A program made the translations under genes and the position numbers. Positions 15,941-24,769 of a stretch of 64,000 nt of DNA are shown here, piece after piece. Below the pieces are notes generated by a model that was not told where the DNA came from, ran no database searches, and saw nothing but the letters and a program-made list of their open reading frames with translations. The number at the start of each line of letters is the position of its first letter. Position 1 is the first letter of the stretch. This DNA comes from an uncultured Gammaproteobacteria bacterium (lineage in GTDB: Bacteria > Patescibacteriota > Patescibacteriia > Patescibacteriales > GWE2-39-37), in NCBI GenBank assembly GCA_964443495.1, contig CAYUCS010000001.1, positions 2,615 through 66,614 of the forward strand. Reading direction: 5' to 3'.

Positions 15941-18208
15941 ATGTCCGAAAAGATCTACTTGAACGTCCTTCGAGGAGGCGTTTATCTGGCTTTCTTAACT
16001 ACTTTTTTCGTCTTCGACAATCTGCTCTTCCCTTACATCACCTCTAAGCAGATTCCGTTCAACCTGCTGATCGAAGCCCTGACAGTCGTCTGGCTGGTTT
16101 TCATCGTCAAGTTTCCGGCTTGGCGCCCCTTCGGCGCAGGCAAGCGCAAATTGACTCGCGATTGGCTCACGTTGAGCATCTTGGCTTTCTTTGCCATCCT
16201 GACCGCCTCTTGCTTCAGCGGGGTCGATTTCAACCTGAGTTTCTGGGGCGATATCGAGCGCATGCTCGGCGTATTCCATCTGCTGCACTTCCTGGCGCTC
16301 TACTTGATAATCATCACCGTGTTCAAGGGCTGGCCGGAGTGGCGCAACCTTTTGATGGTTTCAGTCGCGGCTGCTACGATCCAGACATTTTATACCATTT
16401 CCCAAGCGGCCAATTCCAAGATGGCCTTCGGAACGCTCGGCAACACTTCATACATCAGCGGACAGATGATATTCAATATCTTTTTCGCGCTGCTGCTGGC
16501 ATATCGCCAGAAGAATTGGGGCTTGCGCATCGGTTACGCCATATCGATCATCTTGATGCTAGTATCCATGAAGAACGCTGGAACGCGCGGCGCCTTCGTC
16601 GGGCTCGGACTAAGCGTCCTGATGATGCTTTTCCTGTTGGCGATGTACAATCAGAGCAAGAAGATCAAGTTCGGCAGCATCGGCTTGGCCGTATTCTTCA
16701 TCATGGGAATCGCCTTGATTTTTACCAACAGCCAAAGCGATTGGGTCAAGGGCAACCGTCTTTTCGCTCGTATCAGCCAGATCAATACCCAGAGCAACAC
16801 TTTCCAGACCCGCTTGATTTCTTGGCGCTCCGGCTTCAAGGACCTGCCTAATCATTGGCTATTAGGCACTGGTTATGGAAACTACGCGGTAAGTTTTGAC
16901 AAGTATTTCGACCCGTCTTTTTATACTTGGTCGCGCGGCGAGACTTATTTCGATCACGCCCACAACAATGTCGTTGACATCTTGTCCACCACCGGCATCC
17001 TTGGCGTTACGGCCTACCTGAGCATTTTCGCAGTCATTGTCTATTATCTGATCCATTTTTTCCGTCGCAAAGACATCAGCTTGTTGGAGTTTACGCTGCT
17101 TCTGGGCTTGCTGGTGGCTTACTTCATCCAGAACATCGTCCTTTTCGATTCGTTTATCACTTATTTGTGCCTCATGATCCTGTTCGGTTACATGTATCGC
17201 CTGTCGCGACCGGAGGGCTACCAGGAAGGCGAGTCGTCTATCGTGCCAGCGGGGACGAATAAGCCGTCGTCGGGAGACCTGACCAATAAGCAATTTTTCG
17301 CCTTGACCGCAGCATTCATCATTACGGTCTCAGTCGCGTATCAGTACAACATCAAGGTTTATAAGATGCTGGATCTGACGATCGCCGGCCAGGCCGCTGC
17401 AGCCTCCGGCAACCTGCCCGCCGCGGTCGAAGCATATAAGAAGGCGTACGAATATGATACGGTCCTGGATCGTGATAGCCGCAATACTTTCGTCCAGCTA
17501 ATGCTGCAACGGACCGATCTCCTGTCCAAACTGCCGAAAGAGCAAGCGCTCTCCTATCTGCAATACGCGGTCGAGCTTTCGGAAAAGAACGTCGCCTACA
17601 ACCGTCAAGACAGTTTCAACCTGATGATCCTCGCCCAGATACTTAATTTGACCGCCGGTTTCAACAGTGACAACCCTCAGCAGTTCTCATATTATTCGCA
17701 GCGAGCCGAGGAGGCGATCGACCAATGCATCGCCGCCACGCCACGCCGGCCGACCGTTTATTTCATCAAGGCGCAAATTTATCTTTCGCGCGGCAACAAG
17801 GACAAGGCCATCGAAATCCTGAAATACGCTGTCGATATGAATGACAAGTTTCCCGACAGCGTCTGTCAGTTGGCCAAGGTTTACGGATATGCCGGGCAAG
17901 CCAAATTGTCAGACGAGTGGCTGGATAAATGCGTCGATGCTGGCGGAGCAGACACTCTCTATTCCGGCCAGCAGTTATCCGATCTGACAAATCGGTATTT
18001 AAAGGCTAAGCAGTATGAGCGCGCAGTCAAGGTGCTGACCCAGATGACCGCCCTTGATCCGAAAAACGTGAAAGTCTGGACGGGTCTAGCTGAAGCTCAG
18101 AAGCAGCTAGGCAATAGGGACGCAGCGGCTGCAGCCGCTGACAAAGCGGCCCAGATCGACCCAAGCCTCAAATCAAGCGCTGAAAAATTCATTGAATCCC
18201 TGAAATAG
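15941..18208 (+). CDS. O-antigen ligase (Wzy_C)-like polytopic membrane protein fused to C-terminal TPR repeats
   Basis: About 12 hydrophobic helices with the Wzy_C-like loop GTRGAFVGLGLS. The C-terminal 300 aa carry TPR-like repeats (AVEAYKKAYEYD, AIEILKYAVDMN, AVKVLTQMTALDPKN). I prefer ATG 15941 over the TTG at 15923 used in the ORF track. Confidence 0.7.
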   Translation: MSEKIYLNVLRGGVYLAFLTTFFVFDNLLFPYITSKQIPFNLLIEALTVVWLVFIVKFPAWRPFGAGKRKLTRDWLTLSILAFFAILTASCFSGVDFNLSFWGDIERMLGVFHLLHFLALYLIIITVFKGWPEWRNLLMVSVAAATIQTFYTISQAANSKMAFGTLGNTSYISGQMIFNIFFALLLAYRQKNWGLRIGYAISIILMLVSMKNAGTRGAFVGLGLSVLMMLFLLAMYNQSKKIKFGSIGLAVFFIMGIALIFTNSQSDWVKGNRLFARISQINTQSNTFQTRLISWRSGFKDLPNHWLLGTGYGNYAVSFDKYFDPSFYTWSRGETYFDHAHNNVVDILSTTGILGVTAYLSIFAVIVYYLIHFFRRKDISLLEFTLLLGLLVAYFIQNIVLFDSFITYLCLMILFGYMYRLSRPEGYQEGESSIVPAGTNKPSSGDLTNKQFFALTAAFIITVSVAYQYNIKVYKMLDLTIAGQAAAASGNLPAAVEAYKKAYEYDTVLDRDSRNTFVQLMLQRTDLLSKLPKEQALSYLQYAVELSEKNVAYNRQDSFNLMILAQILNLTAGFNSDNPQQFSYYSQRAEEAIDQCIAATPRRPTVYFIKAQIYLSRGNKDKAIEILKYAVDMNDKFPDSVCQLAKVYGYAGQAKLSDEWLDKCVDAGGADTLYSGQQLSDLTNRYLKAKQYERAVKVLTQMTALDPKNVKVWTGLAEAQKQLGNRDAAAAAADKAAQIDPSLKSSAEKFIESLK

Positions 18209-18211
18209 CAG

Positions 18212-18242
18212 AAAAAAACGAGCCGAAAGGCTCGTTTTTTTT
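18212..18242 (+). terminator. Rho-independent terminator
   Basis: ACGAGCC-gaaa-GGCTCGT followed by an 8-T run. Confidence 0.85.
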
Positions 18243-18275
18243 GCTCGTCAGCGCAAAATTTGTTATAATTCAGCT

Positions 18276-19307
18276 ATGTTGAAATTACGTCGCGAGGGAG
18301 TAATCCTCGAAAAAACCAGGAATTCGTTCGAAAACAAGTCAGTCTTGAACCCAGGCGTGGTTCAGGATGGCAAGAATGTCCATGTGGTTTATCGTGCCAT
18401 CAACAAGGATTATATGTCGTGCTTGGGCTATGCAAGGCTTGAGGGGCCGACAAAGGTGGTCGAGCGCTGGAACAAGCCGTTCCTCTACCCGCAGTACAAA
18501 TGCGAGAGCCGCGGCATCGAAGATCCTCGCATCACCAAGATCGATGACACTTACTACTTGGTCTATATCGTCCATGACGGCAAGAATGCGCTCCTGGCTT
18601 ATTCTTATGGCAAAGATATCCTGAAACTCAAGCGTGGTGGCATCATCAGTCCAAAGGTCCCGTATAGCAAGGCCGGAAAGCTATTCCGCTATTCGAAGCT
18701 GAAGGATGATTATTATTTTTACCAGGCGTATTATCAGCAGTACGGCGGCAAGAATATCAAGGTCTGGGACAAGGACGGCTATCTGTTTCCCGAGAAGATC
18801 AACAATAAGTTCGCATTGGTGCACCGCATATTGCCGGACATGCAAATCGCCTATTTCAGCGAGTTCGGCGACTTAAAAGATGAGTATTACTGGATAGAAT
18901 ACCTGATGAACATGTCGAAGTACGTGATGCTGGAAAATGCTCACGGCTTCGAAGAACGACACGTCGGCGGCGGCGCACCGCCTATCAAGACGAAGCACGG
19001 CTGGTTGATGATTTATCACGGCACCGAAGAATCGAACAAGCGACGCGTCTATCATGGCGGAGCTGCGTTGTTCGACCTGGAGAACCCCGGCCGCATGATC
19101 GCTCGCTTGCCGTATCCGATACTGTCGCCTGAAAAGGATTATGAGTTGCGCGGACATGTGAGCCAGGTGGTTTTTCCCACCGGTACCAGCGTTTTTCGCG
19201 ACAAGCTCTATGTCTATTATGGCGCCGCCGATTCCAGGATAGCAGTCGCCAGCATCAAGCTGGAGACCTTGATCAGCGAGCTTTTGAAAAATCGCGTCCG
19301 CGAATAA
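18276..19307 (+). CDS. GH130-family glycoside phosphorylase/hydrolase-like protein (DUF377-type beta-propeller)
   Basis: Blocks NPGVVQDGKNVHVVYRA, GIEDPRITKIDDTYYLVY, HGWLMIYHG and YVYYGAADSRIAVA are typical of GH130 / 'glycosidase-related' five-bladed propellers. Confidence 0.7.
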   Translation: MLKLRREGVILEKTRNSFENKSVLNPGVVQDGKNVHVVYRAINKDYMSCLGYARLEGPTKVVERWNKPFLYPQYKCESRGIEDPRITKIDDTYYLVYIVHDGKNALLAYSYGKDILKLKRGGIISPKVPYSKAGKLFRYSKLKDDYYFYQAYYQQYGGKNIKVWDKDGYLFPEKINNKFALVHRILPDMQIAYFSEFGDLKDEYYWIEYLMNMSKYVMLENAHGFEERHVGGGAPPIKTKHGWLMIYHGTEESNKRRVYHGGAALFDLENPGRMIARLPYPILSPEKDYELRGHVSQVVFPTGTSVFRDKLYVYYGAADSRIAVASIKLETLISELLKNRVRE

Positions 19308-19353
19308 TTGCGATGGCAGTCAGGGAGGGTCTTCTTGGCTGTTTTATTGTTTG

Positions 19354-19516
19354 AGAGCCCGTCTGATACGTTCATTTCTACTGCGTCTTTTAAATTTCGG
19401 CATAATTTTTTCTAAATTTTCTCGCCTATATGATTTATATAAGCTCAAAAATTTATAAAAAATTCTGCTCGAAATTTAAAAGCCTCGTCACGAAAGCAAC
19501 GTATCAGACGGGCTCT
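19354..19516. repeat. 163-bp imperfect palindrome with 19-bp perfect terminal inverted repeats
   Basis: agagcccgtctgatacgtt (19354-19372) is the reverse complement of aacgtatcagacgggctct (19498-19516). An inner 13-bp IR is cttttaaatttcg / cgaaatttaaaag. The arms align along their whole length with mismatches. Confidence 0.85.
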
Positions 19517-19531
19517 TATGCGGAAAAAAGG

Positions 19532-19559
19532 TTGACATCGCTAGCGTAGCACTTACAAT
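19532..19559 (+). promoter_or_regulatory. Sigma70-type promoter for the GT4 gene, leaving a roughly 140-nt leader
   Basis: TTGACA (19532-19537), 16-nt spacer, TACAAT (19554-19559). The ATG of the next gene is at 19707. Confidence 0.55.
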
Positions 19560-19706
19560 GTCTAGAGAGCGTTTATTGATTTTTTTTAAATTCAAAATAT
19601 CGCGAGCACCGCTCGCATCGACGAAGGTTTAAAACACTATGGCGCCAGTGACATGGTCTCAAGCCAGTAACAGTTTGTTGGCTCAATTACTTCGCCGCCA
19701 TCCACT

Positions 19707-21962
19707 ATGACCAAAGCAAAAGCCCCTTGCATTCTTTATGTCAGCACTTTTCCGCCGCGAGAGTGCGGCATCGCCACTTTTACCCAAGACCTTACCAATG
19801 CCATCGACAAGGAGTTCGCTCCGGCATTGAAGAGCAAGGTAGTGGCCATGAACAAGAACGGCACCTCATTGTACAATTATCCGCCCAAGACGGCAGTCCA
19901 GATCAACGACGACGACCTGGAGGATTATATCGTGGCAGCCAATGAGATCAATAATTCTTCGGACATCAAGCTGGTCAATATCCAGCATGAATACGGCATC
20001 TATGGCGGCGAGTGGGGAGAATTCATCCTGCCGTTCATGGAGCTGATCAAGAAGCCCATCGTCTTGACCATGCATACGGTGTTGCCGAATCCGGACGATT
20101 GGGATGAACGCGAGAAACTTATCAAGGTCACTCAGAAGATCGCTGAAAAGGCTGACAAGATCGTGGTAATGACCGTCAGCGCCTCCAAGCTGTTGCAGAC
20201 ACTTTATGGCATTCCGGCTGACAAGATCACGGTCATTCCCCATGGCGTCCACCACATCGCTTTCCCTTCGAAGTCCAAGGCCAAGAAAAAGCTTAATCTC
20301 GAGGGACGGACCGTCCTTTCGACATTCGGCATGCTTAACCGTGACAAGGGCATCGAATATGCCATCGAGGCGCTGCCGAAGATAGTGGCCAAGCACCCAA
20401 GCGTAGTATATCTAGTTCTGGGAGCCACGCATCCGGTCGTACGCAAGGAGGAGGGCGAAGTCTATCGCAACAAGCTGGTCAACCTGGTAAAGAAGCTCCA
20501 ATTGGAGGATCATGTGAAGTTCTACGACAAATATTTGACGCTCGACGAGCTGATCGAGTTCCTCAAGGCGACCGACATCTATGTCTCCCCGACCTTGAAC
20601 CCGTTGCAGGCCGTTTCCGGCACCATTTCATATGCCTTGTCTTGCGCTTGTCCGATCGTTGCCACCGCCAATCAATACGCCAAGGACGTTATCAATGCCG
20701 AGCGCGGCATCTTGGTCAAATTCAGAAGTGCCAAAAGCATCGAGAAGGCGCTGTTTGAGATGCTGGAGGATAAAAAAATGCGCAAGGAAATGAAGAAAAA
20801 TGCCTATTTCTATTCGCGCCACATGACCTGGCAGAACGTGGCCTTGTCATATTTCAAGGTCTTCAACGAGCAGGCCAAGATCGTACCGCAAGAACAGGGC
20901 AAGCTGCCAGGCGTCAATTTAGGGCAGATAAAGACTTTGACCGACAAATTCGGCATGATCCAGTTCGCCACGCACACCAAACCGGACACGACTTCCGGCT
21001 ACTGCCTTGATGACAACACTCGCGCCATGCTGGCATTCCTGATGCTATACCGCCAAAAGCCGGCTCGCGAATACCAGGAGTATATCGCCCGCTATTTGGA
21101 TTTCATAGATTTCGTGCAGCAACCGAGCGGCAAATTCTATAATTTCGTCGCCTACAACAAGACGATAATCGACAAGTCGGAAAGCGAGGATTCGATCGGG
21201 CGCGCCGTCTGGTCGTTGGGTTATCTAGTAAGCACTAAAAACCTATCTGATGACATAAAGAAGAAAGCTTGCAAGATACTGCTCAAGTCATTGAAATTTC
21301 TGCCGGACTTGAAGTCGTTGCGAGCCATCTCCTTCTCTATTATCGGCCTGTATTATGCCCAGCAAAACTATTATTGTTCCGGGTCTAAGGGCGAGGCGCA
21401 AATAATCAATATCATCAAGAAGCTGGCAGAGGTCCTTAAGAACAAATATCGTTCGCAGATGAATGACCCGGTCAATCAGGAAAAACAGTGGTTCTGGTTC
21501 GAGGACTTCCTGACGTACTCCAACTTCAAGCTGCCGGAGGCCTTGCTGCGCGCTTACCAGGTGAACGGGAATAAGGAATATCTCAAGATCGCCGAAGAAA
21601 CGCTCGGCTTCCTTGGCAAGGTCAGTTTCGAGTTCAATTATTTTTCAGCAATCGGCCAAGACGGATGGTATCATCGAGACGGCACGCGCGCTTATTTCGA
21701 TCAGCAGCCGGAAGACGCTTCTTCGGCAGTCGAGGCGCTGACCGCCGCCTATGAGGTCACCAAGAAACAGGAATACGCCGATCAGGCGAGCTTGGCTTTC
21801 GATTGGTTCCTGGGCAAAAACCATCTTAATCAGATGATCTACGACGAAGCGACCGGCGGCTGCTATGATGGCATGGGCAAAGAGTCGATCAATTTCAATC
21901 AAGGCGCCGAGTCGACCATTTCATATCTCTTGGCAAGGCTTACCGTTGAAAAAGTCAAATAG
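19707..21962 (+). CDS. GT4-family glycosyltransferase fused to a ~350-aa C-terminal domain of unknown function
   Basis: The N-terminal ~390 aa is a GT-B/GT4 fold (YVSTFPPRECGIATF, EGRTVLSTFGMLNRDKGIEY, SPTLNPLQAVSGTISYALSCACPIVAT). The remaining residues have no motif I can name, although helical repeats suggest an alpha/alpha-toroid-like fold. Confidence 0.8.
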   Translation: MTKAKAPCILYVSTFPPRECGIATFTQDLTNAIDKEFAPALKSKVVAMNKNGTSLYNYPPKTAVQINDDDLEDYIVAANEINNSSDIKLVNIQHEYGIYGGEWGEFILPFMELIKKPIVLTMHTVLPNPDDWDEREKLIKVTQKIAEKADKIVVMTVSASKLLQTLYGIPADKITVIPHGVHHIAFPSKSKAKKKLNLEGRTVLSTFGMLNRDKGIEYAIEALPKIVAKHPSVVYLVLGATHPVVRKEEGEVYRNKLVNLVKKLQLEDHVKFYDKYLTLDELIEFLKATDIYVSPTLNPLQAVSGTISYALSCACPIVATANQYAKDVINAERGILVKFRSAKSIEKALFEMLEDKKMRKEMKKNAYFYSRHMTWQNVALSYFKVFNEQAKIVPQEQGKLPGVNLGQIKTLTDKFGMIQFATHTKPDTTSGYCLDDNTRAMLAFLMLYRQKPAREYQEYIARYLDFIDFVQQPSGKFYNFVAYNKTIIDKSESEDSIGRAVWSLGYLVSTKNLSDDIKKKACKILLKSLKFLPDLKSLRAISFSIIGLYYAQQNYYCSGSKGEAQIINIIKKLAEVLKNKYRSQMNDPVNQEKQWFWFEDFLTYSNFKLPEALLRAYQVNGNKEYLKIAEETLGFLGKVSFEFNYFSAIGQDGWYHRDGTRAYFDQQPEDASSAVEALTAAYEVTKKQEYADQASLAFDWFLGKNHLNQMIYDEATGGCYDGMGKESINFNQGAESTISYLLARLTVEKVK

Positions 21963-21974
21963 GCAACATCTCTC

Positions 21975-22406
21975 GTGAATAAGAAATTTATCATCGCAGT
22001 ATCGGTGTTCATTTTCGTGGCCTTGCCGCTGGCCACTTGGTTAGCTTTGCGTTCGCCTTCCGGCGAACAGGCAGCAGACGGGGAAAATCGCGGGTCATCG
22101 GCCAAGATCTCCGGCGCTGCCTTGCCTGGCTTGTCGGTCTTGAATAGGGATAATCCGCAAATCAAACTGGGCAACGAAGATATCATGTTCGATTTTAACG
22201 AGGGAAATGTCAAGTTGTCGCAAGCCGACGCTACCAAATATCAATTCTTGAAAGAAGGCGAAACGCTGGGGGTCGATGGCCGCAGCGCCAAGTATTTAGT
22301 AACCCTGTTAAGATGCAAGCGGATGGATAAGATCGAGGGAGGCATGTCAGTCCCGTATGTCATCGATTGCACGGTCGGAGTCAAGAAAGATGAGTCGGGA
22401 CTTTAA
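21975..22406 (+). CDS. Hypothetical secreted/membrane-anchored protein (143 aa)
   Basis: GTG start. N-terminal hydrophobic helix FIIAVSVFIFVALPLATWLAL. No recognisable domain. Confidence 0.45.
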   Translation: MNKKFIIAVSVFIFVALPLATWLALRSPSGEQAADGENRGSSAKISGAALPGLSVLNRDNPQIKLGNEDIMFDFNEGNVKLSQADATKYQFLKEGETLGVDGRSAKYLVTLLRCKRMDKIEGGMSVPYVIDCTVGVKKDESGL

Positions 22407-22422
22407 TTCAGCAACAAACCGA

Positions 22423-23001
22423 ATGAAAAACAACAACCTTGCCCGCTATCAGCGAATGGCGGATGAAATAATCTCTGAAAACGCGGATTACGAGCGTGAT
22501 GAATTCGAGGATCGCAACGTCCTCGAAAGGATTATCTTTCCGAATATTCTGGCTGAGTACGAGCCGAAAACAGTCCTTGATATCGGACGTGAAGATTATC
22601 AATCATTTTATAATTTGTTCTTCGAGGGCCGCGAACTGTGGACGCTTGATTTCCGTGAAGGCGGGCACGAGTTCGGGGCAGAACAGCACATCAAGGCCGA
22701 TGTCGTCACGCTCAAAGATCATTTCAAGGACAATTATTTCGACCTTATCATCATGAACGGCGTTTTCGGCTGGGGATTGGATGATCCGAATAATATCGAA
22801 ACGACATTTGCCGCGATTTATGACATCTTAAAGCCAGGCGGTATCTTCGTCTTCGGCTACAACGATTGGCCGAACAAGCCGATGGAAATAGAGGCTATTA
22901 AAAATCTGAAAAAATTGAAGCCGTTACATTTCGAACCGTTGAAAGGCAAGAGTTTCAAATGTATCAACGGCGAGCACACTTATCGTTTTTATCAAAAATA
23001 A
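22423..23001 (+). CDS. Class I SAM-dependent methyltransferase
   Basis: Motif I-like VLDIGRED, then DLIIMNGVFGW and LKPGGIFVFGY blocks. I chose ATG 22423 because it does not overlap the upstream gene. The track start at 22357 is the alternative. Confidence 0.6.
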   Translation: MKNNNLARYQRMADEIISENADYERDEFEDRNVLERIIFPNILAEYEPKTVLDIGREDYQSFYNLFFEGRELWTLDFREGGHEFGAEQHIKADVVTLKDHFKDNYFDLIIMNGVFGWGLDDPNNIETTFAAIYDILKPGGIFVFGYNDWPNKPMEIEAIKNLKKLKPLHFEPLKGKSFKCINGEHTYRFYQK

Positions 23002-23010
23002 AATATTCGC

Positions 23011-24165
23011 ATGCCAATTTCCGAATTAGCTTATGACAAAGCCGTGGAAGTATTACGGGCCTGTATCAGGCCTCAAGGATTTTATGCTTCCGGACTTAAA
23101 GGTGGCTATGAGGCAACTTGGGCGCGTGATTCGATGACTTGTGCTCTTGGCGCTTCTTTGGCTGGAGTAGAGTTTAAGGAAGCATTCAAGAACAGCTTGA
23201 TTACTCTTTCGGAAAATCAAACAGAATTGGGCTTAATTCCCAACTGCGTCGGCTCGTATAACGAAGAGCGCCAATCGGATGTGACGTTCAACTCGATCGA
23301 TGCGCCGCAGTGGTATATTATCGGGCACCATGTCTATGCCCAGGCATACAATGACAGTAGCCTTTTGCGCAAATACGAAAAGAATATCCAAGCAGCATTG
23401 CTGTGGCTGAAATACCAGGATCCGAATAATGACAAATTGATCGTGCAGCAACCGACGGCCGATTGGATGGATGCCTTTCCTCATAAATACGGTCGCGTCA
23501 TGCACACCCAGTCCTTGCAATACGCATTGCTGCACTTGGTGGGCGAGGGCTCGCTGGCCGAATATATCCGGCACATTATCAACGGCGAAACCCAGAAGTA
23601 TCTGTCTCTTTATGACAAGAAGCTCGGATTTTATAGGCCTTGGGCTTGGAAAGATCATGGCGGCGATCGCGAAACCGAAGATTGGTTCGATTCGGGAGCC
23701 AACCTGCTGGCCATCATTACCGGCTTGGCAACGCCCGCTATCGCCAAAAGCATCCTGAAACACATAGACAAGGAAGGAATCAACCGGCCATTCGCCTGCA
23801 AGAATATCTGGCCGCCGCTCCAGCCCGGTACGCCGGCTTGGAAGCCGTATTTCGACCGTTGCGACGCACGCACCCCTTTGAATTATATCAATGCCGGCAT
23901 TTGGCCGTGGACTGGCGGACTGTATGTCGTCGCCCTGGTCAAGGTCGGGCAGTATAAGAGGGCGGAACAGGAATTGGAAAAGCTGGCTGAGGGGAATATG
24001 CAAAAACTGCAGATTCGTGACATGAAGGAGGGTTACGAATTCAATGAATGGTTGGACGGACGTACCGGCGAACCGAAGGGCGAGCCGTATCAGGCTTGGT
24101 CGGCTGGGCTGTATCTTTATGCTTATGAGTGCGTAAAGCAGAAAAAAGTCCTTTACTTCATATAG
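23011..24165 (+). CDS. Six-hairpin (alpha/alpha)6 glycoside hydrolase-like protein (GDE_C / GH100-GH63-like)
   Basis: GFYASGLKGGYEATWARDS near the N-terminus, DWMDAFP, and NAGIWPWTGGLYVVALVKVGQYKRAE are typical blocks of amylo-alpha-1,6-glucosidase/neutral-invertase-type toroids. Confidence 0.6.
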   Translation: MPISELAYDKAVEVLRACIRPQGFYASGLKGGYEATWARDSMTCALGASLAGVEFKEAFKNSLITLSENQTELGLIPNCVGSYNEERQSDVTFNSIDAPQWYIIGHHVYAQAYNDSSLLRKYEKNIQAALLWLKYQDPNNDKLIVQQPTADWMDAFPHKYGRVMHTQSLQYALLHLVGEGSLAEYIRHIINGETQKYLSLYDKKLGFYRPWAWKDHGGDRETEDWFDSGANLLAIITGLATPAIAKSILKHIDKEGINRPFACKNIWPPLQPGTPAWKPYFDRCDARTPLNYINAGIWPWTGGLYVVALVKVGQYKRAEQELEKLAEGNMQKLQIRDMKEGYEFNEWLDGRTGEPKGEPYQAWSAGLYLYAYECVKQKKVLYFI

Positions 24166-24207
24166 TCCTTTGCAACCCGGCGTTACCAACCTGGAAGGAG
24201 GTGTCGC

Positions 24208-24645
24208 ATGTTACCGCTAATGATGGATTTGTGCAAGCAATGTTCCAAAGCACGCAGCATCAAAAACAAGCTGGCCCTTCGCGAGCGAATCGTCACCATC
24301 AGGCATCAATTGATGACCGAAGCAGTCAGGGAATATCAGGCAGAGGCGGCCGCAGACTCTGATGTTGATTCGGCGGCGGACGATTATTTCGACCTGAAAG
24401 GATTCCTTTATGACTGCGAGATTTCCTGCTTTGAGTGCAACAACAGCAAGGATGCCAAGATCTATTTGGTGATAAAAGAGTATCTGGAGACTAATTATGG
24501 CGACGGAAGCAACGCGCCAGGCAAGAAAGAAGATTCGTCCGAGAAGCGGCCTCCGGCAAAAGATGACACGGCACGCAAGCCGCCGTCTAGCCTAGCGGAG
24601 TATCGCCTAAAAAAAAATCGGAGAGAGCATTGGAACGACAAGTAA
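24208..24645 (+). CDS. Hypothetical protein (145 aa), acidic middle and basic C-terminus
   Basis: Strong SD GGAGGTGtcgcATG. Followed by a terminator hairpin at 24654-24678. No recognised domain. Confidence 0.5.
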   Translation: MLPLMMDLCKQCSKARSIKNKLALRERIVTIRHQLMTEAVREYQAEAAADSDVDSAADDYFDLKGFLYDCEISCFECNNSKDAKIYLVIKEYLETNYGDGSNAPGKKEDSSEKRPPAKDDTARKPPSSLAEYRLKKNRREHWNDK

Positions 24646-24722
24646 TAGAATGCAAGTGGGCTTCGGTCCACTTTTTTTTGTTTAAACATCCGAGACGAGA
24701 AGCCTCATGGCTGCATTTCCAT

Positions 24723-24758
24723 ATAACAAAAAGCCCGGTTACCCGGGCTTTTTGTTAT
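24723..24758. terminator. Palindromic terminator of the ATAACAAAAA...TTTTTGTTAT family
   Basis: ataacaaaaaGCCCGGttacCCGGGCtttttgttat lies immediately downstream of the minus-strand GT4 gene. Confidence 0.8.
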
Positions 24759-24769
24759 TTTGATTCCAG

